64,000 nt of DNA, taken from assembly GCA_902477075.1 (NCBI GenBank), contig CABSFU010000003.1, positions 34,277-98,276 of the forward strand, given 5' to 3'. Origin of the DNA: an uncultured Bacillales bacterium. GTDB taxonomy: Bacteria; Bacillota_I; Bacilli_A; RF39; UBA660. The notes beneath the pieces are model-generated. The model made no database searches and was not told the DNA's origin. It saw only the letters and a program-made list of their open reading frames with translations. A program made the position numbers and the translations under genes. Below, piece after piece: positions 49,599 to 59,871 of the stretch (the first letter of the stretch is position 1; every line of letters starts with the position of its first letter).

Positions 49599-51128
49599 TC
49601 AATTAGTTTGATTTTTAAGATTATCTTTTTTAATATATTTTTGATAGATAAAAATATAGAATTCCACTATTATTAATACAAAAATAGGAATGTAATTGAA
49701 TATATATCTACTTCTATTTTCCCACAACAAGAAAAAGATAAATAAACCTATCAAAGTCAATCTTAAATAGTCTAATGAATGATCTTTTGTCTGTAATTTT
49801 ATCAAACTTCCAATCATAACAATCATGATAAAGGCATAAGTTACTCCTTGTGTATAGGCATTGAATAAAGTAACAGTTATGTTATTTACAAATAATAAAT
49901 TGTATAAAAAACTATCTGGATGATATGGTTGTCTTAATAATTTCATATTACTATAATAATATCCATCTGTCCATGTATTAACGGCTTTATGGATTAAGTA
50001 ATTGGAATAACCAATCATTCCCATTTTATTTACCCTATTTACATATTCTTTGATATTAAATATCATTGCTTCTTTTTTTGAATGATAACTTTCTGTTAGT
50101 TTATAATCTAACTCATTATAACCACCATAACTCATTCTACTTGTATTATTCTTATCAATATCTTCTACTCCCATCATTATCCAGTGGGTAGCAGGAATTG
50201 TTTCATAACCATCTATTTGAAATTGAAATTTTTGATTTTTTACAATCAATGTCTGAAAGGTTGCTTCACAGATAAAAAACATAAAAATACTTAGAAAAAG
50301 AAATAAAACTTTTTTTACTTTGAAGTGTTCGGTAAAATACTTAATTGTTAGGGCAATGAATATAATCCACGATGTAACTTTTAGTTCTTTTCCTAAAAAC
50401 AAGGTAATTCCAATTCCTAAAAATGTCAGCCAATTTTTTTTATTTTGTTCATCTTTTACTTTTGAATATAAATAAACAAAAAGGATTGGTATAAATAAAG
50501 ACAAAGTATCTGAATATATAATTGGTGTATATAAGAAAATGGGAATAAAAAAGGAAATAACTATTAAACCAAATATAGCATTTTTTTCACTTGCTGTATT
50601 TTTGATGGTCAAGTACAATAAAAATAAAGATAAGTCGATAAACAAAATATTCATAATATATCCAGAATATAATGGTGCGATATTTAATATTAAACCTACT
50701 TTAATAAATACAACCAAAAGAGAAAATAACATTATATTATTTGGAAATAGTTGAAAATATTCCGGATATGAATCTAAACTTCTGGTTCCTGTTAAGACAA
50801 AGTCTTCAGCATTATTGAATACTACGCCAAAGTCCCAAGATGGTTTTACCGACAATTGCTTTAATACTAAAATTTGAAGAAGTGATACCATTAAAAAGTA
50901 AAAGAAAAGAAAAAAGATGGTTCCTTTTTTAGAAATATTTTTTATTTTCTTGTTGAGGAAAAAATAAAGGATTCCCCAAAAAAGGAGAACAAAAATAGAA
51001 AATAGAATACTTAATAATGGTTTGTCATCGTAGGTAACATTCGAATTATAAAAAAGAGAAAACAAAAATACGATGATAAACAGAATGCTACACATTACTA
51101 GTGTTATATTTTGACATATTTTTTGCAT
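49599..51128 (-). CDS. Polytopic GT-C-type glycosyltransferase (GT39/ArnT/YfhO-like)
   Basis: More than 10 TM segments and a soluble loop. It sits between the GtrB-like and GtrA genes. Confidence 0.6.
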   Translation of the reverse strand: MQKICQNITLVMCSILFIIVFLFSLFYNSNVTYDDKPLLSILFSIFVLLFWGILYFFLNKKIKNISKKGTIFFLFFYFLMVSLLQILVLKQLSVKPSWDFGVVFNNAEDFVLTGTRSLDSYPEYFQLFPNNIMLFSLLVVFIKVGLILNIAPLYSGYIMNILFIDLSLFLLYLTIKNTASEKNAIFGLIVISFFIPIFLYTPIIYSDTLSLFIPILFVYLYSKVKDEQNKKNWLTFLGIGITLFLGKELKVTSWIIFIALTIKYFTEHFKVKKVLFLFLSIFMFFICEATFQTLIVKNQKFQFQIDGYETIPATHWIMMGVEDIDKNNTSRMSYGGYNELDYKLTESYHSKKEAMIFNIKEYVNRVNKMGMIGYSNYLIHKAVNTWTDGYYYSNMKLLRQPYHPDSFLYNLLFVNNITVTLFNAYTQGVTYAFIMIVMIGSLIKLQTKDHSLDYLRLTLIGLFIFFLLWENRSRYIFNYIPIFVLIIVEFYIFIYQKYIKKDNLKNQTN

Positions 51129-51152
51129 GATTTTACCTCCCAGAACACAAGA

Positions 51153-51566
51153 TTATGACTTTTTTAAAAAAGCTACTACTTTTTCATAATTTTCAATAAA
51201 TATCTTTCTTGTTATAAAGTTCCAAACCATAACAATACCAGTAGCAAATATTTTACTAATCATATAATAAATTCCTAGTTTTTCTACTGTTAAATACATT
51301 ACTTCTTGATTAATCCATAATCCAATTAGACTAAAGATTAAAAATAACAATCCATCTTTATAGGTTTGCTTATGTTCTACATTAAACACCCACTTTATAC
51401 TAGCTATGTAGTTAAAAATTAAAGATACAGAAAAAGAAATAATGGATGAAGTCATATAATAAATTTTAAATACATCCGTTAATATAAATAGTAATATATA
51501 ATCAATTAAGGTTGCTATAATACCAACTACACCGAATTTAGCAATTTGATTGATTAATTTTTTCAT
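51153..51566 (-). CDS. GtrA-family membrane protein
   Basis: KFGVVGIIATLIDYILLFIL and four TM segments. ATG at 51566 follows GAGGTGA. Confidence 0.8.
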   Translation of the reverse strand: MKKLINQIAKFGVVGIIATLIDYILLFILTDVFKIYYMTSSIISFSVSLIFNYIASIKWVFNVEHKQTYKDGLLFLIFSLIGLWINQEVMYLTVEKLGIYYMISKIFATGIVMVWNFITRKIFIENYEKVVAFLKKS

Positions 51567-51621
51567 ACAAGTCACCTCTTGTACCATTATACAAAAAATA
51601 TGACTAATTTACTAGTCATAT

Positions 51622-53538
51622 TTATTTAAGTTTCCATGCTTTTGCTAAAATTTTATATCTTTTATTTATATTTTCTTTTTGTTTTTTATTTAAACCATAT
51701 GTTTCATCAAAATAGCCATGGACTCTTTTCATTTCATCCATATGAGCTTGTTTTTTAGTGACACTACTAACATTAGAACCATGTATACGATAATAATTCA
51801 ATGTTTGACGAGAATAAGCCACATCCCCTAATTGCATGATATTGGCATACAGTAACCAGTCACCACATTGTTTAAATTTTCCCGATTCTTTAAAAAATCT
51901 ACTATAATTATTATTTTTAATGATACAAGATGAAACATTAGCTATCGTACAATTTAGATAAGTGTAATGATTAAATTCATCTTTTCCATTGTTTACATAG
52001 TTACGATTCCAATGTCCAGTATTTAAAATGTCAATTTCTGGAACAATGGATTTCACTAAATAATTTCCAACGGTATCAATAAAAGCAGTATCTGCATAAC
52101 TAATAATAATATCTCTATTTTTAACTACTGGTCTTACTAATTGTTTTAATAATTTATCGGAACAGTAATCATCGGCTTCTGCTATCCAAACATATTCGCT
52201 TTTTGCTAAACTAAACCCTTTTTCCCATTGTTTAAAAGCAGAACCACTATTTTTTTCGTTATAAACTTTTTTAATGTCAATATATTTTTCTAGTTCAGCT
52301 ACAATTTTATCAATTTCTTTACGACTATCATCCGTTGAACAATCATCTAATATAATAATTTCATTAATTTTTTCTTTTTGAGATAAAATACTATATAATC
52401 TTTGATACAAAAATCTCTTGTAGTTATAGTTTGGTATGACAACAGATACACTTACTTTTTCATTTAATTTGCTTTGTTCTTTTGCTTTTTCAATTAAATC
52501 ATCCATATTAGCATCTGTTTTAACATTTTTTGCTTTTAACAAAGAACGTAGTACATCATACATTAACATCCATAAATCTGCTAAAATGTATAATCCATTG
52601 CAATTTAATTTGAATAAAATTTTGTAATAGATAGCATGTTTTCTACCCTGTTCTTCTAAAAATTTCCAAAAATATTGATTTTTTCTAATATTGTATTTTT
52701 TAGATAATTGATTGTATTTTTTTAGAATATGATGTCTTCTAATTAAGTTTTTTTCTTTTGGAATAACATAAATTAATAAAACGATTAATTGTTCATAAAT
52801 GATTGCTTGTGAAATTTTTGCATAATTTTTACAACCTTTTATTCTTTTTAATGTTAGTTCTACACCGTAAAAAATATCAAATCTTCGATCAGAAAATCTA
52901 GAATTTTGAATAGATCCAGTATGTTGAACATAATAATAATTATTGTTTTCTACATAAGAGATCTTTTTAGCTGCTACAATAGATGGCAAAATAACGGCTA
53001 AATCTTCATTTAATTTTCCTTCTGAAAACTTATATTTTTCAATAATTTCTCTTTTAAATAATTTATTACAAGCGGATGCTGCTAAACCATTTTTTATGAT
53101 ATTAAGCGTATTAACTTCTCCATTGCACCCTTTACTTACATAATCAGGAAAACTTCCATCTTCATAGACAATTTTCATATCGGCTATTGCAATTTCCGAT
53201 TTTTCTTTTTTTATAGCCTTCATCATTTGTTCATAGTAAGTAGAATCTACGTAATCATCTGAATCAATGTAACCAATGTATTCACCTGTAGCTTTTTCTA
53301 AACCTACATTTCTAGAATAAGATAAACCTTTATTTTCCTTATTTTCAATCAAAATCATATTATCATATTTTTTTGCGTACTTTTTTAATATTTTTAAACT
53401 TCCATCTGTTGAGCAATCATTAATCACTACAATTTCTATATTGCTATATGTTTGATTCAATAAACTATCTAGACATTTTTCTATGTATTTTTCTGTGTTA
53501 TATACGCTAACAATTACTGATATTTTTGGATTTTTCAT
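51622..53538 (-). CDS. Two-domain GT2 glycosyltransferase
   Basis: ISVIVSVYNTEKYI...NDCSTDGS...DSDD, and a second VSVVIPNYNYKRFL...DDCSTDDS...EADD. Confidence 0.8.
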   Translation of the reverse strand: MKNPKISVIVSVYNTEKYIEKCLDSLLNQTYSNIEIVVINDCSTDGSLKILKKYAKKYDNMILIENKENKGLSYSRNVGLEKATGEYIGYIDSDDYVDSTYYEQMMKAIKKEKSEIAIADMKIVYEDGSFPDYVSKGCNGEVNTLNIIKNGLAASACNKLFKREIIEKYKFSEGKLNEDLAVILPSIVAAKKISYVENNNYYYVQHTGSIQNSRFSDRRFDIFYGVELTLKRIKGCKNYAKISQAIIYEQLIVLLIYVIPKEKNLIRRHHILKKYNQLSKKYNIRKNQYFWKFLEEQGRKHAIYYKILFKLNCNGLYILADLWMLMYDVLRSLLKAKNVKTDANMDDLIEKAKEQSKLNEKVSVSVVIPNYNYKRFLYQRLYSILSQKEKINEIIILDDCSTDDSRKEIDKIVAELEKYIDIKKVYNEKNSGSAFKQWEKGFSLAKSEYVWIAEADDYCSDKLLKQLVRPVVKNRDIIISYADTAFIDTVGNYLVKSIVPEIDILNTGHWNRNYVNNGKDEFNHYTYLNCTIANVSSCIIKNNNYSRFFKESGKFKQCGDWLLYANIMQLGDVAYSRQTLNYYRIHGSNVSSVTKKQAHMDEMKRVHGYFDETYGLNKKQKENINKRYKILAKAWKLK

Positions 53539-54380
53539 TCATCACACATCTCCTTCATTTGTTGTTCTAATAATTCTAATGATTTCAAAATTTCTTTATT
53601 TCTAAATATTAATTTTGGATACTCTTCTTTGATTGCACTATTTAAAGAAGCACCCTCTTTATGGAATACTTTTAACTTTGGATCATATATGGATATTAAT
53701 TGATCTTTAATGATTCTTTGATATAAGAATTCTTCCTCATGATAAAGAAATGTTTCATTATAAAAAACATCTTTATATTTTTTATAGTAATGTTTGGAAA
53801 AGATTAGAAAACATCCATGTAGCGCTACATTGTATTCTTTTTTTACACCATTTGTTACCAATCTTTCTCCTTTTATTTTGGATTTTAGCTTTATATATAT
53901 TTTAAGTAAATTTCTAAGTATGATACTTTGATATATCTGAATCAATTTTTTAGTTTTGTTTATTTGGTTTTCAACTTCTTCTAACGTTTTATACACAGGA
54001 AAAGGATTAACAGACTGTCCATGTTTTGTTAATATCATTGGACCTAATATATCAAATTTTTCTTCTGCATATATCTTTTCGATAAAACCTTTTTGTCTAA
54101 TAATAATATCATTGTTGCTTACTACTAAATAGTCTGGCTTATAATTTTTAATAGCATATTTACAACCAATATTATTTGCTTTTGCAAATCCTATATTTTC
54201 ATCTAATTTAATTAAATCTACATTATATTTTTGCAATTTATTTTCTTCTTTTTCTGTTAATGTATGATTATCCACTACTACAATTTTAACCTCTTTATCG
54301 GTTTCTTGTTTTTGAATGGATTCAATACACTCTATCGTATCTTTTAAATTTTTATAATGTAAAATAATGAATGCTATCAT
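53535..54380 (-). CDS. GT2 glycosyltransferase (rhamnosyltransferase-like)
   Basis: IAFIILHYKN...VVDN...FAKANN. Confidence 0.7.
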   Translation of the reverse strand: MIAFIILHYKNLKDTIECIESIQKQETDKEVKIVVVDNHTLTEKEENKLQKYNVDLIKLDENIGFAKANNIGCKYAIKNYKPDYLVVSNNDIIIRQKGFIEKIYAEEKFDILGPMILTKHGQSVNPFPVYKTLEEVENQINKTKKLIQIYQSIILRNLLKIYIKLKSKIKGERLVTNGVKKEYNVALHGCFLIFSKHYYKKYKDVFYNETFLYHEEEFLYQRIIKDQLISIYDPKLKVFHKEGASLNSAIKEEYPKLIFRNKEILKSLELLEQQMKEMCDE

Positions 54381-55156
54381 TATACTTCCTCCGCAAATCC
54401 TTTTTCTAGTTTTTTGAAAATTTTATATCCAATAATCATGATAATAAAACTAGCAAATGCAACAATACTTAAGTATTTCATATTCGGTAAAGTTTGATAA
54501 TACATAATATCACGATAAGCATTAATTATGTGAGTCATCGGATTTAACATTAATAATTTAGCAATCCAGCTGCCTTCAAACATATTAATATTATATAAAA
54601 CTGGAGTAGCATAAAATAATAAACTAATGATAAAATTTACGATATATTCTAAATCTCTTACATAGATATTGATAGAACTTACGATAAAGACAATTCCTAA
54701 AGACAGCATAAATTCTATGATAGCAATTACAGGAAGTAATAATAAATACCAAGATAATCCAATACCACTTCCAATTAAAAAGATAAAAATAATAAGGCAA
54801 GAAATTAAAAAGTTTACTAATCCACTTACAACAACAGAAATGGGTAAAATTTCTCTAGGGAAATATACTTTTTTTATGATATTTCCATTGGTTCTAACCG
54901 TAATAGATCCTTGTGCAATTACAGTTGTAAAAAAATTCCATGGAATAATAGCTACAATTAGAAAAATCAAATAATTATCTTGTTGAACACGCATAATGTA
55001 TGGAAATACAATTGCATATACTAGAACCATTAAAAGAGGGTTGACAAAACTCCATAATACTCCTAGAAAAGAACCTTTATATTTTCCTCTAATCTCTTTT
55101 TTTACATTTGTTTTTAATAATTCTCTATACTGATATAAATCTTTAAATACTTTCAT
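54380..55156 (-). CDS. ABC-2 type polysaccharide/teichoic acid export permease (TagG/Wzm-like)
   Basis: Six TM segments, RGKYKGSFLGVLWSFVNPL N-terminal signature, adjacent to the ATPase. Confidence 0.85.
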   Translation of the reverse strand: MKVFKDLYQYRELLKTNVKKEIRGKYKGSFLGVLWSFVNPLLMVLVYAIVFPYIMRVQQDNYLIFLIVAIIPWNFFTTVIAQGSITVRTNGNIIKKVYFPREILPISVVVSGLVNFLISCLIIFIFLIGSGIGLSWYLLLLPVIAIIEFMLSLGIVFIVSSINIYVRDLEYIVNFIISLLFYATPVLYNINMFEGSWIAKLLMLNPMTHIINAYRDIMYYQTLPNMKYLSIVAFASFIIMIIGYKIFKKLEKGFAEEV

Positions 55157-55164
55157 TTTATCAC

Positions 55165-55923
55165 CTATCCACAGATTTTTAGATACTCATCTACTACTGT
55201 ATTAGATGGTCCATCCATTTTTACTTTTCCTTCATAAATCCAAATTGCTCTATCACACAAATTTTTAACGGAATTCATATCGTGAGTAACAATAACAATT
55301 GTCTTTCCAGATTTTTTTAATTCATGTAATTTATTAAAACATTTTTCTTGGAAATGTTGATCACCTACTGCTAAAATTTCATCAATTAATAAGATTTCAG
55401 CATCTACATTAATAGCTACTGAGAATGCTAAACGCATATACATACCGGATGAGTAAGTTCGAACAGGATTATCAATGAATTCACCTAATTCCGAAAATTC
55501 AATAATGCTATCTAATCTTTTATCAATTTCTTTTTTTGTTAATCCAAAGATAGAGGCATTAAAATAAATATTTTCTCTACCTGTAAAATCAGGATGAAAT
55601 CCTGCTCCTAATTCTAATAAAGAAGTTAATTTTCCATAAGTTTGAATACTTCCTTCATTTGGATAAATAATTTTAGTCATTAATTTTAGTAAAGTGGATT
55701 TACCACTGCCATTTGTTCCAATCAAAGCTACTGTTTCACCTTTTTTTATTTGTAGATTAACATTTGTTAAAATTGGTCTTATTTCTGTATTATTTCTTTT
55801 CCAAAATAATAATCTTTCTTTTAACGTATTTGGTTTATCATAATAAATTTTGAAACTTTTGCTCATATTTTTTACTACAATAGCTAAGTTTTGATCTTGA
55901 TTTTTTTTTGTACTTTTTTTCAT
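55165..55923 (-). CDS. ABC transporter ATP-binding protein (TagH/Wzt-like)
   Basis: GTNGSGKSTLLK, YSSGMYMRLAF, LLIDEILAVGD, VTHD. Confidence 0.9.
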   Translation of the reverse strand: MKKSTKKNQDQNLAIVVKNMSKSFKIYYDKPNTLKERLLFWKRNNTEIRPILTNVNLQIKKGETVALIGTNGSGKSTLLKLMTKIIYPNEGSIQTYGKLTSLLELGAGFHPDFTGRENIYFNASIFGLTKKEIDKRLDSIIEFSELGEFIDNPVRTYSSGMYMRLAFSVAINVDAEILLIDEILAVGDQHFQEKCFNKLHELKKSGKTIVIVTHDMNSVKNLCDRAIWIYEGKVKMDGPSNTVVDEYLKICG

Positions 55924-56012
55924 AACAATCCTCCAAGCGCATTATTACTTATATCATTATAACATAGAAAAAGAAAAAAGGCACTAAGCCTTTCTTATTT
56001 TAGGTATTTTAT

Positions 56013-56215
56013 TAAGAAATAATAGATCCTGGAATCGTGATTACTGGGCGTACACCAATAGTAGTGTTATGGGCGTTATTGCTGTAGATGCGACCATATC
56101 TATGTATATACCAAACGTTTGATTCAGACATACTTACCGTTGCAGATGTTCAATAAACCCATATTTTTCATCATCAATTTCTCTTACTTCTTTGACTTTC
56201 CATAAAAATTCCTAA
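56013..56215 (-). pseudogene. Decayed C-terminal remnant of the extracellular-domain paralogue family
   Basis: A 39-codon ORF at 56013-56132 encodes ...HNTTIGVRPVITIPGSIIS. Compare GYYGIRPVITLKDNV in the gpmI extension. An out-of-frame piece lies upstream, ending at 56135. A terminator hairpin (AAAGGC/GCCTTT plus T-run) follows on the minus strand. Confidence 0.4.
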
Positions 56216-56254
56216 TTTTATCTTTGTTTTCAAAAAGATATCACTTTTAAAATA

Positions 56255-57097
56255 TTACTTTAAAAATAAATAATAAATACCTAAGGTTACTTTACTAGTA
56301 AACCATAACAAAAATCTTTCTATTAAATTAGCTGAATTATAATTTTTTTCAAAATACATTTGACTTTTTTTCAAAATTTTATATTTATTAATACGATTAA
56401 TACTTTTATCAATTGTAACAGAATGATTATGAAAAACTTCTACTTCTGTATTAATCACTGTTTTCAAATTAAATTTTTTTAATTTAGAGCATAATATATT
56501 TTCTTCATAATATAGAAAAACATTCTCATCAAAAAAATCAATCTGTTTTAATACATCACTTCTAATAGCAAAGAAACACCCTGATACAATATCCACTTCT
56601 GTAATAGGATTTACGTAATGATTATTTGGATAAACTAAATATTTATTACGAATTTTTTTATGTAAATAAACAATATTGGATAAAATATCTTGCCAAGGAG
56701 TTGGTTGTTTCCATCCTTTACTATAACCAACATGTTCACGAATAACTGGCGCTACTACAGCTACATCTAAAGAAAATGTTTGTATCAATTTAGAAATAAC
56801 TTCTTCATTTTCAATTACAATGTCAGGATTACTTACAATAATATTACATTTGTGATATTTATCTATCAAGTATCGGGCCCCTAAATTAATTCCAGAACCA
56901 TAACCTTTATTAGAACTATTTTTTAAAATGGTTATTTTTTTATTTTGTAATTTCAATAATTTTTCATAAGAATCATCTTTTGAAGCATTATCCACAATAA
57001 CAATTTCATCTAAATTAGAATAATCTTTTATATTTTGGACTAAATTATAAGTTGTTTCATAGTCATTATAGTTAATTATTACAACACAATTTTTCAT
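56255..57097 (-). CDS. GT2 glycosyltransferase
   Basis: CVVIINYNDYETT...VDNASKDDS...GYGSG. ATG at 57097 follows GGAGGAAAAT. Confidence 0.8.
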   Translation of the reverse strand: MKNCVVIINYNDYETTYNLVQNIKDYSNLDEIVIVDNASKDDSYEKLLKLQNKKITILKNSSNKGYGSGINLGARYLIDKYHKCNIIVSNPDIVIENEEVISKLIQTFSLDVAVVAPVIREHVGYSKGWKQPTPWQDILSNIVYLHKKIRNKYLVYPNNHYVNPITEVDIVSGCFFAIRSDVLKQIDFFDENVFLYYEENILCSKLKKFNLKTVINTEVEVFHNHSVTIDKSINRINKYKILKKSQMYFEKNYNSANLIERFLLWFTSKVTLGIYYLFLK

Positions 57098-58328
57098 ATT
57101 TTCCTCCATTCAATAAAATGATAATTACATAAATACTAACGCTTGGCGCTGTTAAAATATGGCCTTGAAAAAAAGCTAAAAAAAGAGCTAAAAATAAAGC
57201 ATATTTTTCCACTTCTTCACCTTTGTTTTTACATAAAATCCAGATAAATGGTAATAAAAACAAGATAAATCCAATCATACCATTGCGATAAAAAATATCA
57301 AAATAGTCCATTTCAATTGTTTTTAAATTTATTTCATCTGTTCCATAGTTTTCTATATAACCAATTCCAAATAGATGAGACGCTAAATTTGATTTTTGAT
57401 AATTAATTCTGGTTTGATTTAAAAATTTCAATCTAGAAGAAAAGATAAAATGATCTATATTTTCTATTGTCATGAGATCATTGACTGAATGAATTTCTAA
57501 AAAGTCTAAATGGATTTGAATGTTTTTATAAAAATTGGTTTTCGGAAATAAATAAATACCAAAAGATAATATGAATAGAAAAGGTAAAATAAATAATTTT
57601 ATTTTTTTAGGATTATTTTTTAAATAAAAACACAAAAATAGTAATAAAGTAAAGAATGTTGTCAAAACTGGTACTTTACTACCAATACTGAAAATAATAT
57701 AGAAATAAATCAATAAATAAATAGGTATTACTTTTTTATTAGTACTCCAAAAATAAGAAAGAGAAAGAGGAAATAAAATAGATAAAATTCCTCCAATTTC
57801 ATTTGTAGAATTAAACCATCCAATTGATCCTACTTTACTATAGGCATAACTATCAAATCCTGTTTTGGTTAAAAAAGGAAGTAATAGTAAAACCAAATAT
57901 TCTAAAAGAGAAATCACTAAAATTTTATTGGATATTTTAATTTGTTCTTTTTGATAAACAGAGTAAATTCCTAATAAAGTAATAGAAAAGAAATAGGTTC
58001 GAAATAAATAAGGAATTTCATAACTTAATGCATTAACCGATTTATTTATAGCAATTAAAAAAATATATATTAAAAAATAAATTCCTAATAAAATTCCATA
58101 AAAAATAATCTTTTTTTTGTTTTTTTGGTTATAAATAACTAAGATATAGTACATTAGCAATAACATAAATAATACTTTAATTATCATGATAATGGACATA
58201 TTAACATGAAATAAATTTAAAGACAAACTTGTAATCAAATCAAAAATAGGTCCTAGTATTAAAAAGCAAGAAATAATTTTTATCATGTTTTTTTGTATCC
58301 ATTGATTCATACACTTCACCATACTCAT
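57072..58328 (-). CDS. O-antigen ligase/polymerase-like (Wzy_C-type) polytopic membrane protein
   Basis: About 10-12 TM segments with a central periplasmic-type loop. It lies in a polysaccharide locus. Confidence 0.6.
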   Translation of the reverse strand: MSMVKCMNQWIQKNMIKIISCFLILGPIFDLITSLSLNLFHVNMSIIMIIKVLFMLLLMYYILVIYNQKNKKKIIFYGILLGIYFLIYIFLIAINKSVNALSYEIPYLFRTYFFSITLLGIYSVYQKEQIKISNKILVISLLEYLVLLLLPFLTKTGFDSYAYSKVGSIGWFNSTNEIGGILSILFPLSLSYFWSTNKKVIPIYLLIYFYIIFSIGSKVPVLTTFFTLLLFLCFYLKNNPKKIKLFILPFLFILSFGIYLFPKTNFYKNIQIHLDFLEIHSVNDLMTIENIDHFIFSSRLKFLNQTRINYQKSNLASHLFGIGYIENYGTDEINLKTIEMDYFDIFYRNGMIGFILFLLPFIWILCKNKGEEVEKYALFLALFLAFFQGHILTAPSVSIYVIIILLNGGKYEKLCCNN

Positions 58329-58401
58329 TATATCATGACTTTTTAAGAACGAAAATGTATATTTTAAAAAATAAAAAGAATATTAATATCGAGGGATTTA
58401 T

Positions 58402-59871
58402 ATGAAATTACAAAAAAATATACAAAAAAATATTGAAACAATTAAAAATTATAATCAAAATAGTAGCGATTTTGTAGATCGTATTTTAGATTGGGATGGC
58501 AAAAAAATAGGTTATATTTATTTGGAAAGTGTAAGTAGTGATGATAAAATTAGTGATTTTCTAGTTCAAAATATCAGTTTAATCATTAAAAATAAAAAAA
58601 GTATTTTTGATGATGTGTATGCTACTTTAAAAAATACAATTTATAACAGTCATTTATTAACGAGTGATTCCATAGAAGATATCTTTTCTAAACTAGCAAG
58701 CGGTTTTACTTGTATTTTAGTAGAAGGCTGTAAAGAAGCTATCCTAATAGAAACAAAAACAAAACTTGATAGAGGCGTTAGTGAAGCTACCTCAGAAACT
58801 GTTATTCGTGGTCCAAAAGATAGTTTTACAGAAAATAATTCTATTAATATTGGATTAATTCGAAAAAGAATTAAGGATCCCAATTTAATATTTAAAGAAT
58901 TAATGATTGGAAGAAGAACACAGTCTAAAGTTAATGTTATCTATATTGATGACATTGTAGAACAAGATAAAGTAAATAATATTGTACAGAAGCTTGAAAA
59001 AATTGATATTGATGGAATCATAGATAGTGGATATTTAAGAAGCTTTTTGGAACCTGTTCAAAAGTCTTGTTTTCCAAAATTTCAAAGCACAGAAAGACCT
59101 GATTTAGCTTGTACTTCTCTTTTAGACGGCAAAATTGTTATTTTAGTAGAAAATAGTCCCTTCGTTTTAATTACTCCGTCTTTATTTGTCGATTTTATTC
59201 ATAATCCAGATGATTATTATCAAAAAGCATTAAACGTTAACGTAACACGCCTACTAAGAATAATTGCTTTTTTTATGACATTGCTAACACCAGGCTTTTA
59301 TATAGCTTTAACTACCTTTAATCCAGAAATTATTCCTAATGACCTTTTAATTTCAATAGCGATTCAACAAAGTGGAGTGCCATTTCCTACCGCTTTTGAA
59401 ATTCTAATTATGATTATAGCTTTTGAAATCTTAAGAGAAAGTGATATTAGAATTCCAAATGCTATGGGAGCTGCCGTTAGTATCGTTGGGGCTTTGATAT
59501 TAGGGGAAGCTGCTGTAAGTGCCGGTGTTGTATCCCCTATCGTAATTATTATTGTAGCTATTACTTCGATTAGCGGATTATTATTTACAGATATCGATTT
59601 TGTTAATGCTCTTAGAACTTGGCGAATTATTTTCATTTTCTTTTCTGCTTTTGCAGGATTAATTGGATTTGTTTCTTGTTGTATCATTTTGACACTTAAA
59701 TTGTGTAGTATGGAAGAAAATGGGTTGCCATATTTAACTCCTTTTTCACCACTTTATTTAAAAGATCAAGATGATGCTATTAGAAGAATTCCAAGAAATA
59801 AAATGTTCTTTAGGCCAACTTATTTAACCAAAAAAAATATTAGAAGATTAGGTGATTCTCATGAAAATTAA
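58402..59871 (+). CDS. Spore germination protein, GerA-family A subunit
   Basis: The conserved GerAA/GerKA core (IRGPKDSFTENNSINIGLIRKRIKD; FPTAFEILIM; GEAAVSAG). Confidence 0.9.
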   Translation: MKLQKNIQKNIETIKNYNQNSSDFVDRILDWDGKKIGYIYLESVSSDDKISDFLVQNISLIIKNKKSIFDDVYATLKNTIYNSHLLTSDSIEDIFSKLASGFTCILVEGCKEAILIETKTKLDRGVSEATSETVIRGPKDSFTENNSINIGLIRKRIKDPNLIFKELMIGRRTQSKVNVIYIDDIVEQDKVNNIVQKLEKIDIDGIIDSGYLRSFLEPVQKSCFPKFQSTERPDLACTSLLDGKIVILVENSPFVLITPSLFVDFIHNPDDYYQKALNVNVTRLLRIIAFFMTLLTPGFYIALTTFNPEIIPNDLLISIAIQQSGVPFPTAFEILIMIIAFEILRESDIRIPNAMGAAVSIVGALILGEAAVSAGVVSPIVIIIVAITSISGLLFTDIDFVNALRTWRIIFIFFSAFAGLIGFVSCCIILTLKLCSMEENGLPYLTPFSPLYLKDQDDAIRRIPRNKMFFRPTYLTKKNIRRLGDSHEN

